Origin: Scyliorhinus canicula
Taxonomy: Eukaryota
Length of the DNA: 64,000 nucleotides
Direction of reading: 5' to 3'
NCBI RefSeq assembly: GCF_902713615.1
Contig: NC_052164.1
Span: 92,363,377-92,427,376, forward strand
Shown: positions 10,700 through 22,401 of the stretch, piece after piece
How the letters are laid out: every line of letters begins with the position of its first letter
Numbering within the stretch: the stretch's first letter is position 1
The notes under the pieces: model-generated
The model's input: only the letters and a program-made list of their open reading frames with translations
The model's database searches: none
Told to the model about the DNA's origin: nothing
Position numbers and translations under genes: made by a program

Positions 10700-13590
10700 C
10701 GTTGCAGCGAGAAGCCTTTGAAAAATGGCAAGATCCATGAAGTAGAAGATAGCAACAATATTGAGATGCCTTTCCTTGGGGAGTTCCAGGAACCAAGCAG
10801 AAATTACTGGAGTACTGATATCCTAATGGAGGGAAAGAAGACACGCTAAATTAGACACAGAGATTCAGTTCTTTTTGAAGCTGAACCGTGGTTGGAGACA
10901 AGTTCTCTTCAGCCATCATGCATAAAACACTGGCCAGGAGATATAGAACTCAAGGTTGTAGTACAACTGAATGCAGCTCTTCAATATAGGAAGTGATCAT
11001 CACTAAAACCTTAGATGTAAGCCTTATCGACTTACATCCAATTTACTGAAGAGGAATGGGAAGTCAAGATCATCAGCCGAAAACATCAGAACTCAATTTC
11101 TACATCTGTTCACAGGACGAAGAAAGTTGAAGGCAGCATGCCACATCAGTGTACACCCTGAAATGAAGCCAGTGTGTCTATTAACAGCTAGAAAGAAATG
11201 GTCCCAATGCCAAAACCCGACAGATCGTTCAGAGGTTGTGTAGATCTTACACAGTTGAACAAAGCAGTCAAACGGAGCTCAATCTATGTTGCCTGTGGAC
11301 GAGCTTAGCAAAATTGGGAAAGAGTTCAATCTTCACAAAGCTAAATGTAAATAGTGATTTTTGCCAACTACCTCTCGACAAAGAATCCAATGTGCTCACC
11401 ACCTTTATTACACTGTTTGGGAGCCTTTGTTTACACAGATTTCCCTTCAGCATCGAACCAGTGGCAGAAAGCTTCCAGAGACCATGTCAAGTAGCCTAGA
11501 AGGGCTAGATGGAGTCATGTGTCAAAAAGAAAGTAGAGAACAGTTTACTATACATCCATTAACTAATAGAGACTGAACAGAGATGTACAGCAGTAAAGGA
11601 GGAAGCATTACCTGCTACATATGCTTGTAAAAGGTTTGCGGGTTACGTTCTTAGTCTCCACTTCAGAAAGAGACAGGCCCCTTAAATCCTAATAAGTTAG
11701 CAAAAATTCCTCCAAGCGTACAACAATTCAGACTGAGGTAGAACAGCAGATGATTTGTCCTGTATCCCAGTGGTAAGACCTGAACCAGGTGACCTAGGCC
11801 TTGTTGAAGAGATCGGAACCATTTTGTTGACAACAACCAAATCTCTACCAGCAGCAACTGAATTAAATCAAAGATGCATAGAAACTTAAAGAATATGTTC
11901 AAGTCAGAGAGCACCATGTCAAGGATGGCCAGCATACATGCCACAGACATGGATTCACAGCTAGTTCTATGAGGAGAGAGGATATCTCAAATGTAATTAA
12001 TGATTTACTCATCTAGGATGGCAGATTGGTCATTCCCAGAGTTCTGAATTCAATATGCGACAAGGGCACCAAAGAAATTAAAGTATTACAAAATTTCAAA
12101 TCAGAGCAAGATATTCTGATTGGTTTCCAGGTCTCTCAAGTCTTTCAAAAAGATGTATTACTGATGCAATTTGTCACCGGGAGACAAGAGGACCATTGAT
12201 GTCATCTTCCTTCCAATCAAGACCATGGGCACATCTTGAGATGAACCACTTTGAACTCAAGAGGCAAGATGTCCTTAATCCCAGTAAATTACTACTCTCG
12301 ATGGATAGAAGTCAAACAACTGCAGTAATTATGTCGCTGAAGGAACACTTGGAACACAGTGTAATCTCACACAATGGGCTGCAGTTTGCCAATAAACATT
12401 TTCAAGGGTTCAAGGCATTATATGGATTTTTCCATACTATCAGCTCACTGAGAAACCCTCAAGCCAACCCTGAAGCTGAAAGAGGAGTGCATACAGTGAA
12501 GGAATGGCTGTAGAAGAATGCCAAATTCCAACTTGCACTTCTGAGCTATCATTCAATTCCACTCCAAAATGGTTTAATGCCATGTGAAAACTTAATGGGA
12601 AGGTGACTGAGAACTCAACTCCATACTCTCCCATACACACACATCATGTGTACAAACTAATGACTTGGACAAGCTGAAGGAAAAAGAGGATGAGCATCAT
12701 TCCAGATGTGGAACTATAAGAAATGTCACAAAGGACAGAACTCCAACCAGGGAGAGCCAGTTTGAATCAGAGACCAAGCTTGCTACAGGCAAGTGGTTGA
12801 ACAAACACATGTCCTAGCTCATTCAAATAGATAATGGTAGGGTGAAATAAAACAGACAAGCACATGCTGCACAGAAGCAACCTCTTACACAGCCAAAGCA
12901 ATCATCTACCCAAAAAGACAGACCAGGTACCCTTTAAAGGGCCCAATCAACTAAATAGAAGAACACAAATTAACTTGTGGACAAATTAAAAGGGGACGCT
13001 CCCATAGAAGAAACAAAACACAGCCCAAAAGGAATAAAGAGGGAACAGAATCTTATAAACCATCAAACAGGATGTGTAAATCGGAGTCGATAAAGCAGTC
13101 CAACCTCTGCGGTGCCAACCGAGCACGGAAGGTCTCGAGCGTGCTCCCTTTCCGGGGACACCCGGCCACGAATGAGGCCGCAGAAGAGGGGCAGACAGTC
13201 AGGTTTGACTACCCCTTTGATCACCCACTATCTGGCAAGTTTGGCCAGGCACAGGAGCAGGTTCACGAGTTCTCTGCCTTCCCCCTCCGCAGCTGATGCC
13301 CTTAGATCAGGAGCGTGGGACTGCTGCATTCATCGTGAGATCCAGATGACAGGCTAATTGCTAAAATAGAGTTATGGCAATTCGCCTTCTGCCCAGAAAA
13401 GTCCGAGAGATTACATGTAAGACTTAAATCCTTGGTCTCCTCTAATGGAGCGGAGAACCCGTTTGAATAGACTGTGAAACAGTTGTCCCTAAAAATAAAT
13501 GGAAGTCAGAGACTTCGGGGGAGGGGGGGGCAGGAGATGTAGCATAAGGGGTTAATTCTAGTTGTTGTACTGTGCTACCACAGGACATAA
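10700..13590 (+). mobile_element. Decayed Gypsy (Mag/K02A2.6-like) LTR retrotransposon pol, polypurine tract and start of 3' LTR
   Basis: Protease relic (K)LDT near 10850; RT IFTKLNVNSDFCQLPLDKES..LTTFITLFG (11236-11499); integrase SRPW...ISHNGLQF...PQANPEAERGVHTVK (12196-12513); PPT 13517-13537 followed by TGT at 13538. Confidence 0.85.
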
Positions 13591-13926
13591 TGCAACGGTA
13601 GCATCGTGGTTAGCACAATTGCTTCACAGCTCCAGGATCCCAGGTTCAATTCTCACCTTGGGTCACTGTGCGGAGTTCTCCCCATGTGTGCGTGGGTTGG
13701 GTTTCCTCCGGGTGCTCTGGTTTCCTCCCATATTCCAAAGATGATCAGGTTAGGTGGATTGGCCGTGATAAATTGTCCTTCGTGTCCAAAATTGCCCTTA
13801 GTGTTGGGTGGGGTTACTTGGTTTTGGGGATAGGGTGGAGGTGTGGGCTTGGGTAGGGTGCTCTTTCCAAGAGCCGGTGCAGTTTTGATGGGCCGATTGG
13901 CCTCCTTCTGCACTGTAAATTCTATG
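13590..13926 (+). mobile_element. HE1 SINE (interrupting the Gypsy 3' LTR)
   Basis: Full HE1 head, core and tail. Confidence 0.88.
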
Positions 13927-15173
13927 TCTCAATCTTGCTCTTCTGCAGAACCTCATGGCAAGGTGAAGCCACTGGAAGATGCTGTTCAGTAGTTATCTTA
14001 CCTCAGTATTCTGCTTTAACACACCAAGACCTGGACTTTTATGCTGCCCTGATAGAATTCCAGCCACTGTCCCAGGGTAGATGATCTGCTAGTTCATCAA
14101 CTGATCCTTGAATGAGACGAAATTGAAGGATATGCCAAAATCATGGAATGGGTACAGCACAGAGGCTGTTTTGCCAGTCATATCCATGCCAGCTATCTGT
14201 GAAACACGAGACCCAATCCACACCCCACCTTTTCTTCAGAACTCTGCAAATTCTTCGCACTTTGGATAATTGCCTCAATCATAATGTCAGGCATTCCAGT
14301 AGAAAGAACATACGAAACAACTGGGAGGATTTTGTGGAGCAATCTCGAACTACGGAGCACACATTCAAAATAACGGGTCTCCCACTTAAGATAGCAATAA
14401 GGTGGAATGTCTTCTCAAGAGGGTGGGGGTTGGTCTGTGAAATTCTCTTCCACAGCTGGAATTGCCACCCTCCAAGATTGGCTTGGGAGTCTCCCGGAAT
14501 GGAAGATTAATCTCCAGGACATTGCTGTGCTCAATGCTGAAATCATCGGGACATTAAGAAATATTGTTTTCTTTGTCATTTTTTAAAAAATATTTCTCTT
14601 TACCGGATATAAAAATATTGTTAAAACAAAAAAGGCTGCTTCGCATCCAATTGAGTAATGAGTATTTTTGCTTTCTAATTGGGGTAGCAAGACAGCGCAT
14701 CCGTCAAAAGGATGGATGTGATAAAGAGTCATCCAGGCACAAAATGTCAGCTCCATTCTTTCTCCGCTGATGCTGTCAGACGTGCTCAGGATTGTCCGGC
14801 AATTTTCTGCTTTTGTTTCAGATTCCAGCACCGGCAGTAATTTGCTTCCATCGAAAGGATGGACGTGTCGGTCAGGTATCGACTGGGGTCGCAGGGGCAA
14901 TCACCTGATGAAGTTAATTAAAAAAAACACTGGATAAACTCAGCAGGTCTGACAGCAAGGGAAGGGACGAGAATTAATGCTTCGGATTCAAATGCTCCCT
15001 CTGCAGAAGGGCAAAACCTCCATTTAATCAGACGGTTCGCCAACCCGCGGGTGGTGGTGGCCGAATCACTGAAACTTATTTGAAGGTTCAGCCGGGCAGA
15101 GTTCTGATCGACGAGGGTTGGGGAAACAAGGCCGTAAGAAACTACAGAGTCGTGAACATCACCCAACACAGTC

Positions 15174-15390
15174 CTCCCTGTGTGTGCGTGGGTTTCCTCC
15201 GGGTGCTCCGGTTTCCTCCCACAGTCCAAAGATGTGCTGGTTAGGTGGATTGGCCATGCTAAATTGCCCGTAGTGAAAGGTTAATGGGGGGGATTGTTGG
15301 GTTACGGGTAACGTGGGTTTAAGTAGGGTGATCATTGCTCGGCACAACATCGAGGGCCGAAGGGCCTGTTCTGTGCTGTACTGTTCTAAG
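15174..15390 (+). mobile_element. HE1 SINE, 5'-truncated, alternative tail subfamily
   Basis: V core plus tail GGCACAACATCGAGGGCCGAAGGGCCTGTTCTGTGCTGTA. Confidence 0.85.
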
Positions 15391-15394
15391 TCTA

Positions 15395-15680
15395 AGTACA
15401 GTCCATTGACGGTCTACACCTCCCGTTGCCTTGGGAAAGCGGGCAATGTAATCAAAGGCCGCTCCCACCCAGATCATCTCTCTTCCATCGGGCAGGAGAT
15501 ACAAGAGTCTGAGAACACACACACGAACAGGTTCAAAAACAGTTTCTTCACTGCTGTTACCAGACTGCTGACTGACCCCCTTATGGACTGAATTGATCTC
15601 TCCACTAATCTTCTCTACTGTGCAACACTACACACACCGTATGCTTCACCCGATGTATATGTCTATGTATAAACATTGTA
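15395..15680 (+). mobile_element. Rex1/Babar LINE 3' fragment
   Basis: YTSRCLGKAGNVIK..HP...TNRFKNSFFTAVTRLL, homologous to the 3' end of the 47310-49148 element. Confidence 0.75.
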
Positions 15681-15682
15681 TA

Positions 15683-15975
15683 TGGCGGTGGGGGTAGCAA
15701 TTGCTTCACAGTGCCAGGGTCCCAGGTTCAATTCCCGGCTTGGGTCACTGTCTGTGCGGAGTTTGCACGTTCTCCCCGTGGGTATCCTCCGGGTGCTCCG
15801 GTTTCCTCCCACAGTCCAAAGACGTGCAGGTTAGGTGGATTGGCCATGGTAAATTGCAATTAGTGTCCAAAAAAGATTAGGTGAGGTTACTGGGTTGCGG
15901 GGACAGGGTGGGGCTCACGCAGGTTGCCCTTTCCAAGGGCCGGTGCAGACTCGATAGGGCGAGTGGCCTCCTATG
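15683..15975 (+). mobile_element. HE1 SINE
   Basis: HE1 head, core and tail. Confidence 0.85.
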
Positions 15976-16336
15976 AGTCAAGGCCACCCTCGGCTGAGGC
16001 ACGGTCTTCCTGGGCGGTGGGAGCAGGCTGAAGCTCTCTCTGTCTGTCCAGACTGGGCCTCAGAGCTGTTGGGGGAGGTCCAGCTCCTGTGGCCGCCACG
16101 TCGCCGCTGAGGGGGGAGATTTACCTGGCTGGCTGGCCGTCTCTCTCTCTCCCCCTGGGCAAGCCCGGCCCCAGCTGGGCCCCCAGGAGCCCAAATCCGC
16201 CCTCAGGCCGCTCGCATCGTCTTCCCCCCGCCCCCCCCCACCGCAGCCCTGACCGGATGTCGGAGCCACCCTCACAACCATCCGGCTGCCCGCAAACAAC
16301 GATCGTTCCGCCCCCGCGGGGACTCCAAAATCTTAC

Positions 16337-16470
16337 CCCCGCCGGCCCGGGGACAACATCTTCACTTTATTATCAGAGTGTTTCCAGGTAGTTCGGCCGG
16401 TATAAAACTCCATACCCCTGCTCCATGTCCAAAAATCGAGAAGCCCGCCATTTTGTTCAGGGATCCTATT
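16337..16470 (-). other. NKAPD1: Probable NKAPD1 exon 1 (5' UTR with uORFs); 5' limit approximate
   Basis: GG/GTAAGA donor at 16336; YY1-type CAAAATGGCGG motif at about 16446-16456; lies inside the CpG island, oriented away from PIH1D2. Confidence 0.65.
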
Positions 16471-16636
16471 TTCTCACCGCTCCCGTTTTTTACATAGTGT
16501 GTGTGTGTGGGTCCGACATTTGGTGATGATTTATGCACTGTAATCTGATAATTACCTGGATTGTTTTGTTCTTTCTCACATTGGGGGAGGGGGACCGTGT
16601 TTGCCGCGACCCCTTCCGGGTAGGAGGTCGGGTCCG

Positions 16637-16650
16637 GTTGCCGGGGTAAC
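16637..16650. promoter_or_regulatory. RFX X-box GTTGCCGGGGTAAC
   Basis: Exact fit to consensus GTNRCC-N0-3-RGYAAC; about 350 bp upstream of the PIH1D2 first exon, a dynein-preassembly/cilia gene. Confidence 0.7.
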
Positions 16651-16984
16651 CAGGGCGCGTTGGCTCTGAGTTGTGGCCCGCGCCCGGCGCCGGCTTCACA
16701 TTGTCTATTTCCGATTTATATTCGCTGAATTATTTATATTTGAGGTTTTCAGTATAGCTGCTTTATTCTCGCTCTCCGCGGTTTGAGGGTTTTGGCCCTG
16801 GGGGAGGAGGGGGTGTTTGTCGGGGGGAGGGGGGCGGTTACGGTTTCAATTGGTTGACGTCCCGCCCAATCAGGAGCGGCCGGCCGCAGCCGCACTTTCC
16901 CATTGGGCCAGACAGCCATTCAGCCGTTTTCTGACTGCTCCCATTGGCTGTCGCCCAGCCAATCAGAGGGCTGGCGGATCACCC

Positions 16985-17028
16985 CTCGGTGTTGCTCATC
17001 AATTCCGCTCTGTGACCCGGGGGCTGAG
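16985..17028 (+). other. PIH1D2: Probable PIH1D2 non-coding exon 1 (5' limit approximate)
   Basis: Strong donor GAG/GTGAGC at 17029, just downstream of the CCAAT cluster. Confidence 0.55.
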
Positions 17029-17124
17029 GTGAGCAGAGCGGCGGTGGAGAGGGGCAGAGGAGGAGGTCAGGCCTGGCTGGGGCGCGGCAGCGGGATTGCG
17101 GGCAGCCCGGCCAGCCCGGCCAGA

Positions 17125-17310
17125 GAGCTGCAGGGCTGGATGTCCCGGGGGTGGGTCCCCTTGGGGGCGGAGCTGCATGTCCCCTTGGGGGGGTGAAAGG
17201 CTGCGAGGGGGCGGGGTTGGATGTCCCCGGGGGCGGAGCTGCGAGGGGCGGGGCTGGATGTCTCCCGGGGGGCGGGTCTGCGAGGGGGCGGGGCTGGATG
17301 TCACTGGGGG
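17125..17310 (+). repeat. G-rich minisatellite, unit about 38-40 bp (CTGCGAGGGGGCGGGGCTGGATGTCCCCGGGGG)
   Basis: Five degenerate recurrences of the GCTGGATGTC core with G-runs. Confidence 0.75.
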
Positions 17311-17330
17311 ACTCTGTGGATTGTCCACTT

Positions 17331-17640
17331 AGCATGGTAGCACAGTGGGTAACACTGCTGCTTCACAGCGCCAGGGACCCGGGTTCCATTCGGGTCTTGG
17401 GTCACTGTGCAGAGTCTGCGCGTTCTCCCCATGTCTGCGTGGGTTTCCTCCGGGTGTTCCAATTCTCTCCCTCAGTCCAAAGATGTGCAGGTTTGGTGGA
17501 TTGGCCATGATAAATTGCTCCTTAATGTCCAAAAAAATGTTAGGTAGGATTACGGGGCTAGGATGGAGGCTTGGGCTTTAGTAGGGTACACTTTCCAAGG
17601 GCCGATGCGGACTCGATGGGCCGAATAGCCTCCTTCAAAT
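17331..17640 (+). mobile_element. HE1 SINE
   Basis: HE1 head, core and tail. Confidence 0.85.
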
Positions 17641-17649
17641 GCTACGATT

Positions 17650-19178
17650 GGTTGTATCTCTTCAGTATAGGTCCACATTATGAATTTTCGTATTTGAATT
17701 TGGTCTGTTTCTTCCTTTGAATGAGTTCTGTGTCTTCCTTTAAATGTTCTACTCTCTGGAGAAGTTATTTTACTGCAGCAAGCTCTTGGTGTGTGGTCAG
17801 TTACGCCAGTTCTTGTATAATCTATCCTTGTTCCATCTATCTGCCTGTGAATGGCCCCTTTTTGCACAGCGATGACATTCCTGTTGCTGGATAGACTTCT
17901 TACCAGCAGCCAGGTTACGATTCCAAGCTGAGGAACCTTCCTGCAAGCTCTATCGAAAGAGCAATATCTATTGCTGTCTTCAGGCATGGATTACATTCCG
18001 CTAATAACCTTTGAATAGCATCATATTTTGAACCACTAACAACGATCTCTGATTGGATTGTTTAATGAAATGCCAAATTCACAAAATTGGCAAGTTGTTT
18101 GAGGGTTGCAACGAACTGCACAATATTTTCACCTTCTGAATGATTCTTTCGACGAATACAAAATATCCCCGCAGTAATCAAGGGCTTTGGTGAATAATGC
18201 TCTTCTAATTTCTTATCTCTGGGATTCTGGCTGAACTAAACTTCTTGGTAAATTCACAGTTTTGTTTCCAATTGTACTTAAGATACAGGGGCCATAATCA
18301 CTTCTGAAATTCTGTTGGCTGAGATGAAATAATGGGATCTCTCTGAATATGACTTCCAGTTCTTTGAGTCCTCATCAAAAGAGCCCACCCTGCCAAAATG
18401 TCCCGCCATTTTTCTCGGTATTGGAAGGCTCACTGCCTTTGCTTTATTCTGTGGTTTAGTTCATTCGCCGGATTACCAATATGAAACAACTTTAACTTTC
18501 ATCAGCATTAGCTTGCATGACAGTTATGAATCTCGTGTTCTCAGCCCTGCTCTACCTCTGTGCCTTACTGTTCTGCACGTAGTGAGTATTGCAGCCTGAC
18601 TCCTCAGATTGCCAGTTTAAAACCCTTCCTGTGAATGTTTGCTCAAAACCTTTACCAGCTCTGTTGCCAGCGATTTCTGACCTTCTGTTAATCATTCGAT
18701 CAATTGATCTGTCAATGCTGCTCTACTCCCAACAATTTGTTTTTTAAATAACTTTTTTGTTTGCTTTTTTCTGACCTGTTCCCCGTCGCCAGTTTTCTTT
18801 TTCTAAACTGTTGTTTATTTAAACAAACAGTACAAAAGAATTAGAATTGCCAAAGCACAAGGGTTTGATGCAAGATTAACAGGTTTATTGAATAGGTTTT
18901 CACTGTACAAGCTTTGGCACTGGGTTCCCGAAAAGCCTGCAAAGTAATAATAATAATACAAGTAGGCTTCAATGAAGTTACTGTGAAAAGCCCCTAGTCG
19001 CCACATTCCGGCGCTTGTTCGGGTAGGCCGGTACGGGAATTGAACCCGCGCTGCTGGCATTGTTCTGCTTTGCAAATCAGCTATTTAGCCCACTGTGCTA
19101 AACCAGCCCCAAGAGTCGCCAATGATGTCACGAATATTATGTGACTCTGATCTTAAAGAGACATTGCAGATAACGACA
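17650..19178 (-). mobile_element. Decayed Gypsy 5' LTR + PBS + gag, in PIH1D2 intron 1
   Basis: LTR TGTCGTTATCTG... from 19178 to ...ACAACA at 18809 (split by a SINE); PBS TGGCGACGGGG at 18791-18781; gag ATG at 18409 MAGHFGRVGSFDEDSKNWKSYSER...LEEHYSPKPLI...FVATLKQLA-CEFG...IRDR, with stops/frameshifts. Confidence 0.82.
18946..19110 (-). mobile_element. Family B SINE inserted in the Gypsy LTR
   Basis: Reverse complement of the 60098-60285 family. Confidence 0.85.
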
Positions 19179-19496
19179 ATAACCCACACATATAACCGAA
19201 CGCAAGAAGAATAGGGCAAAGCAAATCTGAAATAATCTGCTGCTGAAATAGTAAATCTAAAAGTATTTGAGTAATTCAAGATGGATGCTAGGCTAAGTTC
19301 TTTGGAGTACCCGTGGGAACAGCTTCAATGAGCCTTTTATACCTTTGATCTGTTCCCATTTATGCTGTAACATCAGCTAAGCATGATTTTTAATGGAAAC
19401 ACCATGTATAACATTGTGCCGTTTTGCAATAAGTTACAGACCTGCTGTCCACAGCTCTGTTAAAGAAGAATTTAACTGTTAGAATTCAAGGTAGCA

Positions 19497-19679
19497 ATGG
19501 CAACAAAACATTGTGAAAAGGAGATGTTGCAGCAGGTAAACCAGCTGTGGAGCCTGCTGGATGATATATCTGAAAACAACCCCGAAGCATATCAAAAATT
19601 CATCCGGCATCATCTAGAGGAAGGAATAAAGCAGTTCAGTCCTCCGGAGCCTCACACCTGCTTTCAGACAACAATATTG
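19497..19679 (+). CDS. PIH1D2: PIH1D2 (DNAAF15) coding exon 1
   Basis: MATKHCEKEMLQQVNQLWSLLDDISENNPEAYQKFI...PPEPHTCFQTTIL resembles PIH1D2 LLTQVTQFWNLLDDLAQSDPEGYEKFI...APEPQLCLQTRIL; good Kozak GCAATGG; GT donor at 19680. Confidence 0.93.
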
Positions 19680-19894
19680 GTACAGTATCTGTTAGCCTAA
19701 GTGCCTGATGTTTTATTATTATTGCATGAATTGTCTGCGTGGGTTTCCTCCTGGTGCTCCAGTTGCCTCCCATAGTCCAAAGATGTGCAGGTTAGGTGAA
19801 TTGGCCATTCAAAAAAGAAATTCCCCTTCGTGTTCAAAGATGTTTCTGCACTTGAGGAATTCTATGGCTCTAAGTCCTGAATTGATATGTAGGC

Positions 19895-20229
19895 CAATGG
19901 TTCCCAACCTTTGATCCAAGGGCCTCAAGGTGGTCTGAAAACAAAATACAATTAAGTGTACTCGTTTGTATCATAATCGAGGTTACATTATTCGCAATTT
20001 TAATTTGCTTCACAAATATTCTTGTGTAATATAATCCATAGTATAATCTGCAATGTATTTGTAAGTGTGCATTGTAAACTCTTATAAATAGCTTTGTTTT
20101 AATACCCGTTGATATATAAGTTTGATTCCTGTCAGCCATAGGCTATGTAAAAAAATAGCCAGCGTACATTGTGGGCTGCAAAACCTTTTGATTATATGGT
20201 TTGCATAAAGGAAAGGTTGGGGTCCGTTG
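19895..20229. mobile_element. Old non-autonomous hAT element (MITE)
   Basis: TIRs CAATGGTTCCCAACCTTT / AAAGGTTGGGGTCCGTTG; degenerate 8-bp TSD ATGTAGGC / ATGTGGAC. Confidence 0.65.
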
Positions 20230-20492
20230 ATGTGGACAAACACAATAGCAGATGTGCACACGGCAAAACTTCACAAACAGCAAATGAATGAATGGCTGGA
20301 AAATCTTTTATTTTTAACAGTGTGTGTTGAGAGGTGAAAGTTGGCCAGGACACAAGCACGTTTCCTGTTCCCCTTCAAATAATCCCAGTTGATCCTTGTC
20401 ACATCTAAAAACTCCAGTTTGGGATTGGAAGTAAAACAAGTCAGATAAGAGTTCAGAATTTAGGATATTTGACTCTTTATATAGTTTGTACA

Positions 20493-20671
20493 AATGAAAT
20501 GAAATGAAAATCGCTTATTGTCACGAGTAGGCTTCAAATGAAGTTACTGTAAAAAGTCCCTAGTCGCCACATTCCGGCGCCTGTTCGGGGAGGTTGTTAG
20601 GGGAATCGAATCGTGCTGCTGGCCTGCCTTGGTCTGCCTTCAAAGCCAGCGATTAGCCCAGTGAGCTAAAC
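20493..20671 (-). mobile_element. Family B SINE
   Basis: (GAAAT)n + AATCGCTTATTGTCACGAGTAGG... reverse copy. Confidence 0.85.
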
Positions 20672-20841
20672 AAAGGTGTTTTGATAAAAGATTTGTATTC
20701 TTCAGGTACCTTGAAACTTAATTTTAAAGAACAAATTTTACTCAGTTGTTTGAAAATTTCCATGATCTCGGTCGGCGGCCTTTGCTGTGCAAGCTCACAC
20801 AACTGTCAATGAGCAATCACACTGATTTTTTTCTCTCCTAG

Positions 20842-20965
20842 GAATTTGGTGAGAGGTTGCTGTATGTAAACCTTTGCATGTGGAGTTGCATCTCTGCCCC
20901 AAAGACTGAGTCAGATCCTGTTCCTCTTGCTGGAGGAAATTTGGAGGAAAATGTAGAGGGCACAG
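20842..20965 (+). CDS. PIH1D2: PIH1D2 coding exon 2 (124 nt)
   Basis: EFGERLLYVNLCMWSCISAPKTESDPVPLAGGNLEENVEGT (PIH1 domain, cf. LFINLCQWTRIPAP..PVPL); polypyrimidine+AG acceptor, GTAGG donor. Confidence 0.93.
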
Positions 20966-21249
20966 GTAGGGTGGTGAGAAAATGTTTCCTCTTTTCTGGG
21001 TGTTAACATAGGGCATTTTTACATTAAACATTTTTTAAAACTGAGGTAGGGGTTTCACAGCTGCATCTAATCCTGTTCTCACCTGCCATTCATAGAGGTG
21101 TTCTTTCCAGATAAGATCATTCGATAAAGGCCAGGTTAGGGAACATCCGTTAACCAATGGACACAGGACTGAACCTTAGATTTCCTAGTACTTCCCGTCC
21201 TGAGTTTAAGCACAGGGGAATAGTCTGCCCATTGAGACATTGGAGAAGT

Positions 21250-21565
21250 GTGGCAGGGTGGCACAGTAGTTAGCACTGCTGTCTCACAGAGTCAGGGACC
21301 CGGGTTCAATTCCAACCTTGAATGATTGTGTGGAGTATGCACATTCTCCCCATGTCTGCATGGGTTTCCTCTGGGTGCTCCAGTTTCCTCCCACAGTCCA
21401 AAGATGTGCAGGATGGGTGGATTGGCCATTCTAAATTGTCCTTTAAATGTCCAAAGGTTAGGTGGGGTTATAGGGATAGGGCGGGAGAGTGGGCCTGGGT
21501 AGAATGCTCTTTCAGAGGGTCGGTGTAGACTCCATGGGCCGAATGGCCTCCTTCTGCATTGTACA
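21250..21565 (+). mobile_element. HE1 SINE
   Basis: HE1 head, core and tail. Confidence 0.85.
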
Positions 21566-22311
21566 AGTTTTGTGTTACACCATTATCTGATGTACCAACA
21601 TCACAGAACACGAGGAGATACTCAATCTTCTGGTTTATATCAGGATCAGGGATCCTTGGAAGAGGGAAGGATGATAAATTGTTGGAGCAAGTATCAAACG
21701 TATTTCTCTTTTAGAGTATATCTCCAGGGTCACATTCTGCCCAATGAGTACAGTACCCCATTTCCTCTTGTAAGTTCTTAGCTGACCTTGGGGTATGGTG
21801 CAAGGCCTGGACCACAGTCCCCAATAAAATTCAGCCCCAGGACTCAAATACAATACCTAGCTGGCAGGTCCTGTGAAATATTGACGGTACGAGTTTTGTC
21901 CTTTGACGAAATGTTAAGCTGAGGCCCTGTTGTTCTGCAATTCTGGTGAACATTACAGACCTGACGGTAATCAATGAAAATAATTCTCTGTGCCCTGGCC
22001 AACATCGATCCCTCAACCCCCAGTGCTTGTGGGAGGACCATGTTACTTGGAAAATAACTGCCATGTTTATCTAACAGTTAGCATATTTTAAAGTGAGACA
22101 TTGTGTTTGGGTGTTTATAAGAGATATATTTATTAAGGTGCAAAAGTTATATCCTTTTCTCTTACTCTGATTCACTTCTTAGCAGCTACTTATAAGGCAG
22201 TATTTTCAACAGCCTAGGATTTGTCACGCACGTGCTTATAGCCTAGGAATGATATATAGAGATCTAGACACAGGAAATACATTTTTCAGTCTTGGTATGA
22301 AGGGTGGATGG

Positions 22312-22342
<31 letters not shown>

Positions 22343-22401
22343 GGGGGGAGAGAAAGGGGAATAATTGACTATTTATTTGGTGATTCAAACTTTTTTCCTA
22401 G

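Larger units (their letters stand above)
16050..17310. promoter_or_regulatory. CpG island / bidirectional promoter of NKAPD1 (-) and PIH1D2 (+)
   Basis: High GC and CpG density; several CCAAT/ATTGG boxes (16849-16853, 16866-16870, 16903-16907, 16943-16947, 16959-16963); GC boxes; splice donors pointing outward on both strands. Confidence 0.85.

Noticed and set aside
17550-17987. 145-aa ORF as a novel gene
   Set aside because: Off-frame reading of a decayed Gypsy gag region running into an HE1 SINE.
10700-19178. The two Gypsy relics as halves of one element broken by an inversion
   Set aside because: LTR 5' termini differ and the conserved gene order and promoter between them are intact.
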